A program made the translations under genes and the position numbers. A stretch of 63,512 bases of DNA, counting the filler, from Octopus bimaculoides (lineage: Eukaryota), in the NCBI RefSeq assembly GCF_001194135.2. It is 5 parts of 5 records of this genome, joined end to end, with 100 filler letters (N's around TTAATTAATTAA, not from the genome) between each part and the next. Parts side by side here need not be neighbours in the genome. Positions count along the whole stretch, not along the records: positions 53,741 to 63,512 come from NC_068987.1; 4 more parts are not named here. The stretch is one strand, 5' to 3'. The notes beneath the pieces are model-generated. The model worked only from the letters and a program-made list of their open reading frames with translations, was not told the origin of the DNA and made no database searches. Each line of letters opens with the position of its first letter. Within the stretch, counting starts at the first letter, position 1. Shown piece by piece: positions 62,151 to 63,512 of the stretch.

Positions 62151-62529
62151 AAGGGTTTTTCAACCCAGTGTATACATGTTGTTATTTATAGCTTTATGAG
62201 CTTTGAGATTTAGTTCCAAAAAGGAATTATTAAAGATATGTCTTCCATAGTTATGTTTCAAGAGAAGGTCCAGTGGGGTTCAGTGATTAGATCAGCACAT
62301 AGCATTAGATTTTGTTTTAAATATTTCATCCTGGTTTTCTCAGCCCCTGGACCATATCCCTGCTCCCTGCTTTCAAGGCAGAGATGGCTGTCCATAAGTG
62401 CAAGTCAGATTGGCTGTTCCAGCACATCTCCCTCGCAACCTTCAGGGCAATGCCATTTCCATTTTGGTCTGACATAGAGGAAATTGTACAATCCACTCCT
62501 TAATGTAAAGTTGGCAGGTTAGAAGAGTG

Positions 62530-62881
62530 TTTCTGCCTTTAAAATGGTAAAGACCCCCTTCAGTCATGAATGACCATGAGATTGCACCTAGAAAGTCCCC
62601 CTCCGAGGCACAAGTCTGGGCAAGGTTGTATATGGAAGACCACCAGTTGCCCATGCATACCAACCTCCCCTCTCCATGCCACTGTTATCCAAGGAAAAGG
62701 CAAAGGGGCAGATACAGCTTGGCACCAGTGATGTCACAACTCATTTCTACAGCTGAGTCAACTGGAGCAACATGAAATAAAGTGTCTTGCTCAAGAACAC
62801 AATGCACAGGCCAGTTTGGAAATCAAACTCACTACCTCATGATTGCGAGCCAATGCTCTAACCATTGCGTGATGCGCCTTT
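62530..62881 (-). mobile_element. tRNA-type SINE, family D (CORE/V-like central motif)
   Basis: Minus strand: GCGCATCACGCAATGGTTAGAGC..GAGTTTGATTTCC..TGTTCTTGAGCAAGACACTTTA..CTCCAGTTGACTCAGCTGTAGAAATGAG. Confidence 0.8.
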
Positions 62882-63512
62882 GTAATGTTTCTAAATAAAC
62901 AAAGGTGTGTTGTGAAGGTTTAATAGCAAAAAAATTAGTATTTGCATTGTGACTATCTTCTAGGAATTTAAACTGAATTATCATCATATGACTTCTGTGA
63001 ATCCAGCAAGACATGGCATGTGTTTGAAACTAAGTATAATGGAAAATCAGTGGTGTACCTGTAATATATTATATTGAACTCCAGCATGGTTGTGAATTTA
63101 TTTGTTTCTTCATGTTCAAAAAAAAAAGAAAGAATTTTTTTCTTTTAGTTTTAGAGCTTTTCAATAATTTTCTTTTTTAAAAATATTTGGTTCATTCCTA
63201 TTCAATGCTAAATAGCTGAAGATTTTTCAAAATATATCAGTCCAACAAATCTTTTTTTTTTAAACTTCATTAATTTAAGATTTATTTTCCAAAATGTTTA
63301 AAATAAAACAAAAATTGTTCTGTTATTTTAATTTACAATATTTAAATTTCTTTCAGTTATTTAAACAAACAAAAGAAAAAAACCATTTGAAAATCTTATT
63401 TCATTGTATATTTCATTTTTTTCTTCTAATTTTTATATCATGTAATAAATAAAATGATCTCTTCTCATTTTGTCCAATTTATTTGGATGATTTTCATCTC
63501 CCTCCAATATAT

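Overview
Eukaryotic, AT-rich, repeat-dense draft-assembly sequence with many N-gaps, four of them artificial 100-bp joins containing a TTAATTAATTAA stop linker. The SINE types and microsatellite load look like a cephalopod (Octopus-type) genome; this is inferred and was not verified. There is no prokaryotic system, CRISPR array, rRNA or true tRNA. The only well-supported host gene is a + strand, intron-containing TRIM/RBCC-type gene (RING C-terminal end, B-box2, coiled coil; exons 53984-54283, 55360-56000 and probably 58102-58160/58169) whose 5' RING exon was not found. The rest is transposon debris: an R4/Dong-clade RLE LINE in (TAA)n, a CR1-like RT fragment, five mariner remnants, a near full-length hAT-Charlie/SPIN-like element with TIRs and TSD, a Chapaev3-like transposase, four tRNA-type SINE families and several MITEs (foldback, Merlin-like, piggyBac-like, Tigger-like). 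The most unusual signals are degenerate minimal hammerhead-ribozyme-like folds in Penelope-like repeats (211-246 and an inverted, covarying pair at 14600-15310), a hairpin and inverted-repeat hotspot at 13-16 kb, a mariner built from two inverted 5' ends, and a telomeric hairpin/G-quadruplex in the TRIM intron. All structure and family calls were made by eye and need computational confirmation. Several near-perfect inverted duplications may be assembly artefacts.
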